Translations under genes and position numbers: made by a program
Origin: Octopus bimaculoides
Taxonomy: Eukaryota
Length of the DNA stretch: 64,000 nucleotides
NCBI RefSeq assembly: GCF_001194135.2
Contig: NC_068992.1
Location: 63,835,456 to 63,899,455 of the forward strand
Direction of reading: 5' to 3'
Notes under the pieces: generated by a model
Database searches by the model: none
What the model was told of the DNA's origin: nothing
What the model saw: the letters and a program-made list of their open reading frames with translations, nothing else
In this document: in pieces, positions 41,601-54,546 of the stretch
Position numbering within the stretch: position 1 is the stretch's first letter
Layout of the letters: every line of letters starts with the position of its first letter

Positions 41601-43240
41601 CTCATCTGACCCACGCAAGTATGGGGAAAATAGACATTAAAACAATGCTGATGGTGAAAGTAAGGTGATTGAATACTTGAATGTCACGAGGAACTTCTTG
41701 TTTGCCACACTAATGCAGACATACATACAAGCATAAATAGCATACATGCACACACCTATAATTTCACATGATGGGCTTCCTTACACTTGCATCTACCAAA
41801 TTTCATTCACAGCATATTAACAAACCCAAATTTATGGAAGAAAATATTTGGCAAAGGTGCTGCACACTGATATCAAACTTGATGTCATGCAATTTGCACA
41901 AATAACATCTTAACCACATGACTATTCTTGTGCCCAGTTATGTGTGGAGCTGGCACTCCCTCAGTTACGATGACAAGGGTTCCAGTTGATCTGATCCCTG
42001 GATCTGCCGACTTGTGAAATTAACATGCAAGTGGCTGAACACACACGTACCCTTAATGTAGTTCTCAAGGATATTCAACATGACACAGAATACTGACCCT
42101 TTGAAATACAGGTACAACTCGCTTTTACTGGTTGAGTAGACTGAAGTAATGTGAAATAAAATGTCTTGCTTAAGGACACCACAACATGTATTATGTATTT
42201 TGTGTAGAACAAATCATTAAAGTTAATGATTGCACTCCCTTCGTTACAGGAATGTTTTTAATTAAATAAAATTAAACTTTTGGTACTGTCAACATTAAGT
42301 TGGCCCAGGGAAATATTTAATAGAAGCATTTAGGGCTGGATGCTCTTCTTATCAATGACCTTTACCTGTTTTAAATAAGGGATTTTTTTTTATTCCAAAG
42401 GTCTTATTCCAAAGTGCAAAGTGGCTGGTCATAATGTCAACGTGGACTGTGGAAATCCTCACCAATTAGCTTAACTGGCAACAAGCAGGAAACCTCATTC
42501 ATATAGTTTACACACACACATATATTGGTGTGTGTATGGGTTTCCTTCAGTTTCCCCCTCCAAATTCTTTCACAAGGCATTGCTTGGTTCAGGACTATAG
42601 TGCAGACAATCACCAAAGGTATCATCAGTTAACATCTGTTGTCCAAGCTGGCATGGGTTGGACGGTTTGACCAGAGCTGGTAAGCTGGTATGTGTGTGTG
42701 TGTGTATTCACTTATTCATTCTTTTATTAATGTTAAGTCAAATGTTTCTTGCTTTGAATAACAATGCAGGACAAAGAAGAAATGGTGCACACATCAAAGA
42801 TTATACACCTCACTTATTGGTTTTATGCCATTGTTTCTTTCTCATACATATGAATCTTTTGTTATGTATAAATGTATTTTCCTTCCAAAAGGTTTTACTT
42901 ACAGCTGTTAATGGTTCAACTACTTTTTATTTTTTTTAATCCTGTTTTCTCTCAAATTAGCAAGTCGTTTTGCCAATCTTTATATTAAATAAGTCTTAAC
43001 TTGCTTCTTATGTTGTCAACACCATCTGGTGGTATCGGTGTAATGCAATATTGGCTATAAAATGCTGACTTTATTTATGTTTTGACAACCTCTTTCCTTC
43101 TTGCACTTGTTTACAAGATCAATGCTAAAATGTTGTTTTGTGTTAACACAAACGTATTCAGTCAACTTTATTGACATTCTAACAATTTTTTGTGTTAATG
43201 ATTAAATGTCACATTTCTTGATGACAGTCTCTCTCTTAAC

Positions 43241-43290
<50 letters not shown>

Positions 43291-43292
<2 letters not shown>

Positions 43293-43961
43293 GGTGGTGA
43301 GCTGACGGAATTATTAGCACACTGGACAAAATGCTTAGCGGTGTTTCACCTGTCACAATGTTCTGAGTTCAAATTCCTCCGAGGTTGACTTTGCCTTTTA
43401 TTCTTTTGGGGTCAATAAATTAAGTAGCAGTAAAACACTGGGGTCAATATAATCAGCTAGTCCCATCCCCCCAAAATTTCAGGCCTTGTGCTTTCAATAG
43501 AAAGAATTATTATTAAGACGGTGAGCTGGCAGAACCGTTTGCACGCCAGGCGAAATGCTTAGCATTATTTCATCTGCTGCTACATTGTGAGTTCAAATGC
43601 CGCTGAAGTCAACTTTGTCTTTCATCCTTTCAGGGTCGATTAAATAAGTACCAGTTATACACTGGGATCAATGTAATTGACTTAATCTTTCCCCCAAATT
43701 TCAGGCCTTGTACCTTTAGTAGAAAGGATTATTATTATTATTATTAAGGTAGCAAGCTGGCAGAATCGTTAGCATGCTGGGCAAAATGCTTAGTTGTGTT
43801 TCGTCCATCTTTATCTTCTGAGTTGAAATTCCACCAAGGTTGACTTAGCCTTTCATCCTTTCGGGGTCAGTAAATTAAGTAGCAGTGAAACACTGGGGTC
43901 AATGTAATCAACTACTCCCCTCCCCAAAACCTCAGGCCTTGTGCCTTTAGTAGGAAGGATG

Positions 43962-43996
<35 letters not shown>

Positions 43997-44210
43997 AGCA
44001 GCGTGTTTGCAGAATCGTTAGCAGACCAAACAAAATGCTTAGTGGCATTTCGTCCATCTTTACGTTCTGAGTTCAAATTCTGCTGATGTCAACTTTGCCT
44101 TTCATCCTTTCTGGGTCAATAAAATATGTACCATTTGAACACTGGGGTTGATGTAATTAACTTGATCCCTCCCCCAAAATTGCTGACTTTGTTCCCAGAT
44201 TTGAAACCAA
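43291..44210 (+). mobile_element. Four head-to-tail family A SINEs separated by (ATT)n
   Basis: Copies start at ~43291, 43515, 43746 and 43995, each about 215 bp. Confidence 0.85.
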
Positions 44211-44390
44211 TATCTACAATGAGCTGTAAAAATCTATCTGGGCTTTAGTGGCATTTAGGTACAGAAGGTGAAACACCACAGCTAAATATTTTATTGGACA
44301 CTTTCACAATTCTGTCAATCCACTGTGAATACTACTAAGACCAACATTGCAGAAACTGTTTGGGAACTGCTCTGTGGTTGCTCAAGAGAG

Positions 44391-44468
44391 TTTTAGAGTT
44401 AGGGTTAGGGTTTGGCAAAAATACTCATAACCCTAAAACCCTAACCCTAAAACCCTAAAGCTAAAACC
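44391..44468. repeat. Inverted telomere-like TTAGGG/CCCTAA repeats inside an interspersed element (~44280-44720)
   Basis: TTTTAGAGTTAGGGTTAGGGTTT, a ~15-nt spacer, then AACCCTAAAACCCTAACCCTAAAACCCTAAAGCTAAAACC. Confidence 0.75.
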
Positions 44469-45456
44469 AGTACAAATGCACGAACAATGTGATAAATAAC
44501 AGTACCACTGATAGTTGTTGTTGACAAACAACGGCAGTAATTTTATTCAAGGGAAAAGATCCTATTACACCACTAGAACGTGTTGTTTACATTCCACAGC
44601 AGTAATTGTTTTCACCTCAATAGACGTCAGTGATTGGTTGAAATTACCTGAATATGACAACTTTTAACATGAAATAACTTCGAATATAAGAATTTTTCTC
44701 TGTTCTATAAGACAAAATATACAAGTATACGAAGTGGCGCCCGCCAAATCAGAAAAATCCAAAGTACAGCTTTTTCACATACTTTATGCCATGCTGATTC
44801 TGCTTGAGAGCTACACTAAGGCTATACATATCTGTGGAATACTCAGTCAGTTACACATTACTTTAGGAGCAGGTAATTCAGGTGATTGGACAGTTGAATA
44901 GTCATTGGACAAAACCACCACGACCCTTTCCATGATCACAACCACCCTCACCACTACCATATCCCTTTCCTTATCTGTCAAGGCTTACCAGGCTTTTACA
45001 CAGGGTAATAAATAAGTGATGATGTTTGCCTCAGCTTGTCGATCACTTTCTCTAGTGTCCTTATTACTTTATGTAGGTCTAGTGCTTTGCTTTCCTTTTG
45101 TTTTTGTCCTTAAAGTGCTTCAACCACCCTATTTCTGACTCCAATGTTGTAACCCTCATTGTTTCTCTTTTGATACCAACCAGCCTAAGATTGCCTCTGA
45201 TTCTATTATACAACCTTCCTGATTTGAAATGACCTAAATTAAAGCCCTTTTTGTCTAAAACATTCTGAAGCATTTGGCTGTACTGGGTTTACATAGCTTT
45301 CATTGTATATAAAACAAAAACATTAAAAAAGAAAAAAATGCTAAACTGAAAAAAAGAAGGGACGAAATGTAAGTAAATGAAACACATACCTGTACAATAG
45401 TGTGAAGTAATGCAAATGATCAGTGTCCACAAAATCAATGTTTATACCTGTGTACT

Positions 45457-45490
<34 letters not shown>

Positions 45491-45612
45491 AATATATGTA
45501 CACACACACACGTGCACTGCCATACTCACGTGTGTCTGTTTTTGACTTGTTTTGTTCATTGGATTGCAGCCATGCTTTAAACATTTCCTCATTCTGTCCC
45601 TTTCTGCAATAA

Positions 45613-45948
<336 letters not shown>

Positions 45949-48114
45949 TAAATTAATTTTTTTTATTTCCGTTTTCCTTTTATCATTTACTTGTTTCGAT
46001 CATTTAACTGTGGTTGGACTGGGGCACCGCCTTGAAGGGTTTTAGTTGACCAAATTGACCCCAGAACTTATGTTGTTTTTTAAGTCTGGTACCAATTCTA
46101 TCAATCTCTTTTGTCAAACGACTGTTATGGGGATGTAAACAAACCAACTCTGGTTATCCATAGGTAGGAGGGCAAACACTGATATCACACACATACATAC
46201 ACATATATCAATGTAATGGGTTTCCACACAATTTTCGTTTACCAAATTTACTTACAAAGCATTGTTTGGGCCAGAGCCACAGTAAAAGACACGTGCCCAT
46301 GGTGCCACGCAGTTGCACTGAACCCAAAACCACATGACTACAAAGAAAGTTTCTTAACCACACAGCCATGTTTGTGGGTATAGTTAATTTCGTTTGTATG
46401 AAACCCTTTAAAAAATATGCTTATGCTACCCAATTTCATTACTGCCAAAAGCGATGCTCCAACAAGAATCTTAAACATGGTGGCTTGAATTAAGTAATTA
46501 AAACAAATCTCTCAAAACATGTAGGATTAAGATGTGTGGCGCTATGAAGTTCTTAAGATCTGTCTACCTCTGTGAAACTGTATTATGTGTCCTCCACCCA
46601 TACATTAGATTGATCCACTCCCACCAAGTGAACCAAAATTTCCTCACATCATTTATCTCTCCTGGCTAATCTTGCAGCCTAATCCCCCCTCCTTGTCATC
46701 TCTCTTTCTTTTACCCTCCTCCTCATCCTCCCTTCAAATGTATCACTACTATTCTTTTGCTCTCCCCTCCACCTACTCTCTTCTACATCTCTCCTCCCTA
46801 ATTCTGGACTCCTCAGTCATTACCCTTCAACCCAACCCAACATTTATACTGTTGTAGGCTACCTCCCCTTCCCCTCATTTTCTGCTCCCTTTACAATCTT
46901 GCAATAGCCCCCAACTACCCACTTCTGTGCACTTTGTTCCTTGAGGGTCAGCTGGACGTATCTTCTATCCATTTCTTCACAGCTCCTACAGATCATCCCC
47001 TCTTGCCTCTACTAAATGTGAGTAACCATGCAGCTCTTCTACAGGAACTCGCTCTGCTCCTGCTTTCATACCTCATACTTTTGACCCTTCATCCCCTAGC
47101 ATTAAACCAATTCCCCCTTGGGGTTTGTAGTCTTGCAAGCTGCATGACAACCTCAAGAGTGCTGGTGGCAAGAGAAAGGTACCCAGTCCATGCAGTAAAG
47201 TGGTTAGCATTAGGAAATGCATCTTACCATAGAAACCATTCCAAAGCCGACTTTGAAGCAGGATGCAGTTCTTGGACACGTTGGATCCTGTCAAACCATC
47301 CAAACCCCTGCCAGTATGGAAGATGAATGTTAAATGATGGTGATGATGATGATGCAGGATTAATAATTAGAGTTTTTCAAATTCACTTCATCATCTTTGT
47401 TCAACACTGTCTTGACTGGTTCATTCTCCAGCTATCTTCAGGGACTCTGATGGATGTCCTCCTAAGCCGGGCTAGAACTCTGCACTTTTGTTTCTAACTC
47501 AGAGTTGCTGTGTTCCAAGGAGAAGAATCATAGGCCAAATATCTGGTTCTGTAAATTTTTTTCATATCTTAATGGCAAGCTGCATGTCAAAACCTTAGAA
47601 ATAAACGGTTCTGGAGCAAATGTATATAAGAAATAAGATTGCCAGAGGTGAACGTAGATTCAGCAGATTAAAATATGGTCAGTCATGGTTTTTTTCATGG
47701 AAGACTGGCAGTGAACACCATTGTTTGCATGGCAGTGCTGCCTCCTTATTTGCAACCATCGTGTGATGTCAAGAGAAGATTGTGTGCGCGCGCACACACA
47801 CACACACACACACATACATATTCCTTCTACCTACTAGTTTCCTTCTACCAAATCTCAAGGCTTTGATCAGCCTGGGGCTATAATAGAAGACACTTGCCTA
47901 AGGTGGCATGCAATGGGGCTGAACTTGAAACCACACAGCCCTGCCTGCCCGCCTGTCTGCCTGTCTGTATATTTAATTATACACCTCAGGAAACTAGTGA
48001 CAGCAAAGTCTGTGAATCCTTCAGCATTTAAACCAGCTGTAGCCATCCCCAAATTTTCTACCTGTTTTATGTTCTCACTAGCCAGATCTGGCCTCTCTTG
48101 CGTGCTCAACATCA

Positions 48115-49620
48115 TCATCATCACTTAATGTCCATTCTCCATGCTCGCATGGGTTGGATAGTTTGACCAGGGCTGGCACGCTGGAAGGCTGAACCAGACT
48201 CCATCCCTGATTTGGTATGGTTTCTATGGCTGGATGCCTTTCCTAACACCAACTACTTCGAGAGTGTAATGGGTGCCATTTGTGTGATACCACTATCTGC
48301 CACTTGGCTTGATGGGTCTTCTTCTCAAGCACGACATAATGCCAAAGGTCTCGGTCATTGCCTCTGTGAGGCCCAACACTTGAAAGGAGCTTTTCATGTG
48401 CCACCAGCATCAGCTACTTTGCATCTGTGAGACCCAATGCTCAAAAGGTGCTTTTTATGTGCCAGTTACATGACACCAGCATTAGCCACTGGCTTGACAG
48501 GTCTTCTCAAGCACAGCATATCGCTGAAGGTCTTGGTCACTAGTCATTGCCTCTGTGAGGCCCAAAGTTTGAAGATCATGCTTCACCACCTCATCCCATG
48601 TCTTCTNNNNNNNNNNNNNNNNNNNNNNNNNNNNNNNNNNNNNNNNNNNNNNNNNNNNNNNNNNNNNNNNNNNNNNNNNNNNNNNNNNNNNNNNNNNNNN
48701 NNNNNNNNNNNNNNNNNNNNNNNNNNNNNNNNNNNNNNNNNNNNNNNNNNNNNNNNNNNNNNNNNNNNNNNNNNNNNNNNNNNNNNNNNNNNNNNNNNNN
48801 NNNNNNNNNNNNNNNNNNNNNNNNNNNNNNNNNNNNNNNNNNNNNNNNNNNNNNNNNNNNNNNNNNNNNNNNNNNNNNNNNNNNNNNNNNNNNNNNNNNN
48901 NNNNNNNNNNNNNNNNNNNNNNNNNNNNNNNNNNNNNNNNNNNNNNNNNNNNNNNNNNNNNNNNNNNNNNNNNNNNNNNNNNNNNNNNNNNNNNNNNNNN
49001 NNNNNNNNNNNNNNNNNNNNNNNNNNNNNNNNNNNNNNNNNNNNNNNNNNNNNNNNNNNNNNNNNNNNNNNNNNNNNNNNNNNNNNNNNNNNNNNNNNNN
49101 NNNNNNNNNNNNNNNNNNGAAGGTCTTGGTCACTAGTCATTGCCTCTGTGAGGCCCAAAGTTTGAAGATCATGCTTCACCACCTCATCCCATGTCTTCTT
49201 GGGTCTACTTCTACAACAGGTTCTCTCCACAGTTAGAGACCAGCACTTCACACAGCTGTCCTCATCCATACACATTACGTGACCATACCAGTGCAGTCGT
49301 CTCTCTTGCACACCACAGTTCATGCTCTTTATGCCAAACTTTTCTCTCAAGACATTTACACTTTGTCGAACATGCACACAGACATTGCACATCCAGCGAA
49401 GCATACTGGCTTCATTTCTTTCAAGCCTATGCATGTCCTTGTCTGTCACAGCCCTTGTTTCACTGCCATGTAGCATAGCTGTTTGCACACAGGCATCATG
49501 CAATCTGCCTTTCACTCTGATGGGGAAGCCGTTTGTTGCCTGCAGAGGTAGGAACTCTCTGAATTTTGCCCAGCCTAATCTTATTCTCACAGCATCTACC
49601 TCTGCTACTAACTTGATCAC
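48115..49620 (-). mobile_element. 5'-truncated RTE-clade LINE: ORF C-terminus plus 3' UTR ending in (GAT)n (contains an N gap)
   Basis: ORF 49620-> IRLGWAKFREFLP...AMLHGSET...ERRLHWYGHVMCMDEDSCVK...GRSRPKKTWDEVVKHDL-like, typical of the RTE ORF2 end. It runs into the GGATGCCCTTCCTAAC repeat and the CATCAT tail at 48115. Confidence 0.9.
48607..49118. other. Assembly gap (other gaps: 12551-12633, 31054-31575, 50420-51349, 61227-61272)
   Basis: N runs. Confidence 1.
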
Positions 49621-51718
49621 CTAGATAACGGAAGCTATCTACTACTTCTAGCTTACTCCCTTGGCAGTTGATGGAGTCTATTTTCTGTACATATCTGGTG
49701 TTTATTATACCTGTGCATCTTCCATGACGGGCTTCTTTCAGTTTCCATCTACCAAATCCATTCACAAGGCTTTGGTTGGTCTGGGTTATTATTTTAAAAC
49801 ACTAAGGCAGCAAGATGGCATAATCGTTAGTGCATTGGACAAAATGCCTTTCAGCACCTCATCTGTCCCTACGCTCTGAGTTCAAACACAAACAATTGCA
49901 TCATTGAAATCTCAAAGCTATGAGATAATGCATGCTTAATTCAAACCCATGTGAATGCATAAGCTTTATATTTGACAGAATAATTTGAATGGTAAAGGGT
50001 TAAGATACACCTTATGAGTCACTAAACCATACACATCAGCTAACTCACTCACTCACTCTCATTTGTTCTCATTCTTTCACGCTCTAAAATCTATTTACAA
50101 AGCTGTTGTTATTTTAGAAAGGGTGTGGACACTTAAAGAAAACTTTTCTTCTTTTTCTTTCAGGCAATTTTTTTTTTTTTTCTTGTTGGTGTGCAAAATC
50201 ACTTTGCATTCAAACTGAGAGTCATGTCTGGATGACTGTCAAGTCGAAATCAATAAAAATATTTTGTTTTTTTTCATTGTTTTGAAAATGAACTCGGAAC
50301 CATCAAAGTATCAAAACTTTTCCTCTTTCCTATCCAAACAAAAGAGAGATCACTGTGCAATTGCACATTTTATGTATACACCATATTTGCACCACATGTT
50401 GCTTGTTACATGGAAACAANNNNNNNNNNNNNNNNNNNNNNNNNNNNNNNNNNNNNNNNNNNNNNNNNNNNNNNNNNNNNNNNNNNNNNNNNNNNNNNNN
50501 NNNNNNNNNNNNNNNNNNNNNNNNNNNNNNNNNNNNNNNNNNNNNNNNNNNNNNNNNNNNNNNNNNNNNNNNNNNNNNNNNNNNNNNNNNNNNNNNNNNN
50601 NNNNNNNNNNNNNNNNNNNNNNNNNNNNNNNNNNNNNNNNNNNNNNNNNNNNNNNNNNNNNNNNNNNNNNNNNNNNNNNNNNNNNNNNNNNNNNNNNNNN
50701 NNNNNNNNNNNNNNNNNNNNNNNNNNNNNNNNNNNNNNNNNNNNNNNNNNNNNNNNNNNNNNNNNNNNNNNNNNNNNNNNNNNNNNNNNNNNNNNNNNNN
50801 NNNNNNNNNNNNNNNNNNNNNNNNNNNNNNNNNNNNNNNNNNNNNNNNNNNNNNNNNNNNNNNNNNNNNNNNNNNNNNNNNNNNNNNNNNNNNNNNNNNN
50901 NNNNNNNNNNNNNNNNNNNNNNNNNNNNNNNNNNNNNNNNNNNNNNNNNNNNNNNNNNNNNNNNNNNNNNNNNNNNNNNNNNNNNNNNNNNNNNNNNNNN
51001 NNNNNNNNNNNNNNNNNNNNNNNNNNNNNNNNNNNNNNNNNNNNNNNNNNNNNNNNNNNNNNNNNNNNNNNNNNNNNNNNNNNNNNNNNNNNNNNNNNNN
51101 NNNNNNNNNNNNNNNNNNNNNNNNNNNNNNNNNNNNNNNNNNNNNNNNNNNNNNNNNNNNNNNNNNNNNNNNNNNNNNNNNNNNNNNNNNNNNNNNNNNN
51201 NNNNNNNNNNNNNNNNNNNNNNNNNNNNNNNNNNNNNNNNNNNNNNNNNNNNNNNNNNNNNNNNNNNNNNNNNNNNNNNNNNNNNNNNNNNNNNNNNNNN
51301 NNNNNNNNNNNNNNNNNNNNNNNNNNNNNNNNNNNNNNNNNNNNNNNNNATTTTATGTATACACCATATTTGCACCACATGTTGCTTGTTACATGGAAAC
51401 AACTTAAACGGTCACAGCTGCTGTTGCTACTACTACTACTATTACTACTACTGTTATATGTATGTATTGAGTATGTGTATAAATGGTTATTGCTGCTACT
51501 ACTACCACCACCATTGTCATATGCACTTGTGTGTGTGTGTGTGTGTGTATGTGTCTGAATTGTGTTACAAATCATCATCATTGTTACATGAATTGGCAAA
51601 ATTGTCAGGGTCAGGCAAAACACCGTGCCGATTTCAAATCCTGCCGAAATCAGCTTTGCTTTTCACCCCTCCAGGGTCAATAAAATAAAGTACCAGTCAG
51701 GTGCTGCAGTAGGTTTCA

Positions 51719-51899
51719 CCCTTTCGTTACCAGATCTCTATTGTAATACTTCTTTGTTTCACTTGTTTTCTTAAAAATAATGAATTTAGTAAAATAAATT
51801 TGTCATTATTGAGCTGGTGTTTGAAACATAAATTAAAACAAGGGGTTTGTGTCATAGAGTAAAGAGTGGTCTTAGACAAGTTGCTGTCAAAAGGGTTAA
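51719..51899. mobile_element. piggyBac-like MITE
   Basis: CCCTTT... to ...AAAGGG|TTAA. Related partial elements at ~3780-3993, ~7227-7446 and ~49895-50002. Confidence 0.55.
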
Positions 51900-54234
51900 T
51901 CATCTGACCCCTTTTTCGTTAAATTTGTGACTCTGTGCCTATGTTAGACACAACAGATATGAAACTAAGGTACTGAACCATGGATAGCATAGTCAGCAGA
52001 TCAAACTTTATTGCAGGTAATGTGTATGTGCTGTTTATTGAGAATAAACATCGTTTATTGAGAAATATACCTGTCTGACAAATTTGTTTCTCACCTGTTT
52101 GATGAAGATAAAGTTTCATTTACATTTGATAGTTCAGCAATTAGGAGATGGGGAAATATAACTCTCTTAAAAAAAAAAAAAACAATGAAAAACGAAAACA
52201 GACCAGAAACAATTTACTCTCCCAACAGAAACCCATCCCACTTTATAATAATGGTTGACGTAACCTAGTTTCTAGAGAAGTGTTTACTATGAAAGGTAGG
52301 TGAAAATGGTTATCAGGTCTTAATAAATTAGTTAACTGTAACGTAGAGCAGGCGTTTTTGTATCCAAGGGCAGAATCTCAAAGCCAGAGCCTTTGCCTTT
52401 CTTGCCATGGTTGATAGAGATAAGGACTGGTTTTATTTTGAAGTCAGCTGTATTTATCATTACCCACCCAGTTGAGCTGACATATTTGTGGCTCTTCACT
52501 GTTGTTGTGTGAATGCTGGTGACTGAGTAGTCAGGTGTTGCTCACACACTATCACAAGATCACTGTTGTGTGTTGTGTTTTGGAGTGAAGGCACTTCATT
52601 TCACTTTGCTGTAAATGAATGAACTTGGGACTGGCTGTCGTCCCATTCAGCAGAGATGTTGTGATGATTTCATCACTTCCACACTATGGGAATCAGGTAA
52701 CTGGCTCCATGAGGTCTAGGGCTCGAGACAGTCATGTGTAGGGGGGTTTTTTTGTTTTTTTTTTTTCCCCATAGTTGTTGTAAGAGGTTATTAGGTTTCT
52801 TCACTTTCTGAAACCAGATCTCTTTGAAGTACAGCCTGAATTTAAAAGTACATTTTATCTTTTATTTGCTTCAGTGATGAGGTTGGGGGCCATGCTGGGG
52901 CGCCACTTTTGGGAATTTTAGTCAAATAAATCAACCCAGTTTTAAAAAAAAGATTTTTTTTATCTATATATTTTTAAAGCCAATCCTCTAAGTTATGGGG
53001 TCATAAACACCAGCATCATTTGTTAAGCAGTGGTGGGGGATAAACAGACACATGCACAAACACACACACACACACACACATAATGAGCTTCTTTCAGTTT
53101 CCATCTACCAGATCCACTCATAAGGCTTTGGTTGGCTTGAGGGTTATAGAAAACACTTGTTGAAGGTGCTGTGCAATGGGACTGAACCCAGAACCATGTG
53201 GTTGGGAAGCAAGATTTTTACCACACTGCCATGCCTATGCTTTGGAAAAGTAAAATGAAGAAAATAAAAGATTGTTAAATTCTTCTTCTCTCCTATATGG
53301 TGTATGCATGTGTGTGTGTGTATGCACCCTATGTTGGTTTCTAACATTTGCACAAGGCCAGCAATTTCAGGAGAGGGGTTAAGTTGATTACATCAACCCC
53401 AGTGCTCAGCCGGTATTTATTTTATCAACCCTGAAGGGATCAAAAGTAAAGCCGACCTTGGCAGAATTTGAACTCAGAACGTAAGCATTTTTCCTGGTCT
53501 GCAACCGATTGTGCCAGGTCCCAACTGTATATACTTATGTATTGCCTTCACTCTTGATGAGGTTGTAGAAGCATTGTTGCGGTATATGACATGTCATGGG
53601 CATTTAAAAAAAAAAATTCTGCTGAGACCCATCTCTCTTCAGATCTGAAAACAGCTGATTTCTTTCAGAGAGGCGACAGGAGTTGGGGGTGAGTATTGAT
53701 CCTAGTATTGGACTGGTACTTGATTAACACACTGAAAGGAGGAAAGGCTAAGCTAACGTTGGCACAATTTGAACTGAAATGTGCAAACAACTGGAATGAA
53801 TACTACAATTCCATTTATCTGATGTGCTAACAACTCGGTTGACTTCACACCTACATATTTTATCTTCGTCATCGTTTTAACCTCCATTTTTCCTTGCTCA
53901 CATGTATCAGTCTTATTGAGACAGATTTTACGATAGCTGGATGCCCTTCCTGTCACCAACCCTCACCTGTTTCCAAGCAAAGTAGTATTTCCCCATGGCC
54001 AGACCTGTTTTTGCAAAATACTGGAAATGAATGGCATTGCTTGTATGATAGTGACCCACATTTACAACTAGCATGCGATGACAAGGCAAGGAGAGACATA
54101 CATTCGTACACATACACACACGACACATCTATACATGTACAGGAAGTCTGGTACAGGCTTTGGCCTGGCTGGCTCTTGTGCTACCATCCCACCCATGCTA
54201 GCATAGAACACAGACATTAAATAATGATGATATT

Positions 54235-54284
<50 letters not shown>

Positions 54285-54502
54285 CCGGAGTAAGCACAAA
54301 ATGTGCAACAAGGTGGAAAAAAGAGTACTCAAATACCAGAGGTAGAGTAATATACTTTATTTAAAAGCAGCAGAAATATAACAAAAGACTGTTACTCCGA
54401 GTTTCACGTTCCCGTTCATCGGAACGTGAAACTGTCCGATGAATGGGAACATGAAATTCAGAGTAACAATCTTTTGTTATATTTCTGCTGCTTTTAAATA
54501 AA

Positions 54503-54505
<3 letters not shown>
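54285..54505. mobile_element. Palindromic element, probable Penelope-like (PLE) inverted pseudo-LTR remnant inserted in (TA)n
   Basis: 70-bp inverted arms 54354-54423 and 54435-54504 with 5 mismatches; (TA)n on both sides; hammerhead-like core. PLE assignment is inference. Confidence 0.55.
54431..54470 (+). ncRNA. Candidate minimal type-I hammerhead ribozyme (variant core CCGAUGA)
   Basis: Stem I ACUGU (54431-35)/ACAAU (54466-70), core CCGAUGA, stem II AUG-GGAA-CAU, GAAA, stem III A-UUC-A-GAG-U, putative cleavage after GUA at 54465. A mirror copy on the - strand (54422->54388) reads CCGAUGA-ACG GGAA CGU-GAAA-CUC G GAG-UA-ACAGU. Confidence 0.55.

Positions 54506-54546
<41 letters not shown>

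Noticed and set aside
50264-51688. Long ORFs of 180-474 aa in the track
   Set aside because: Artefacts of N runs translating as X (also 31002-31730 and 48437-49236).
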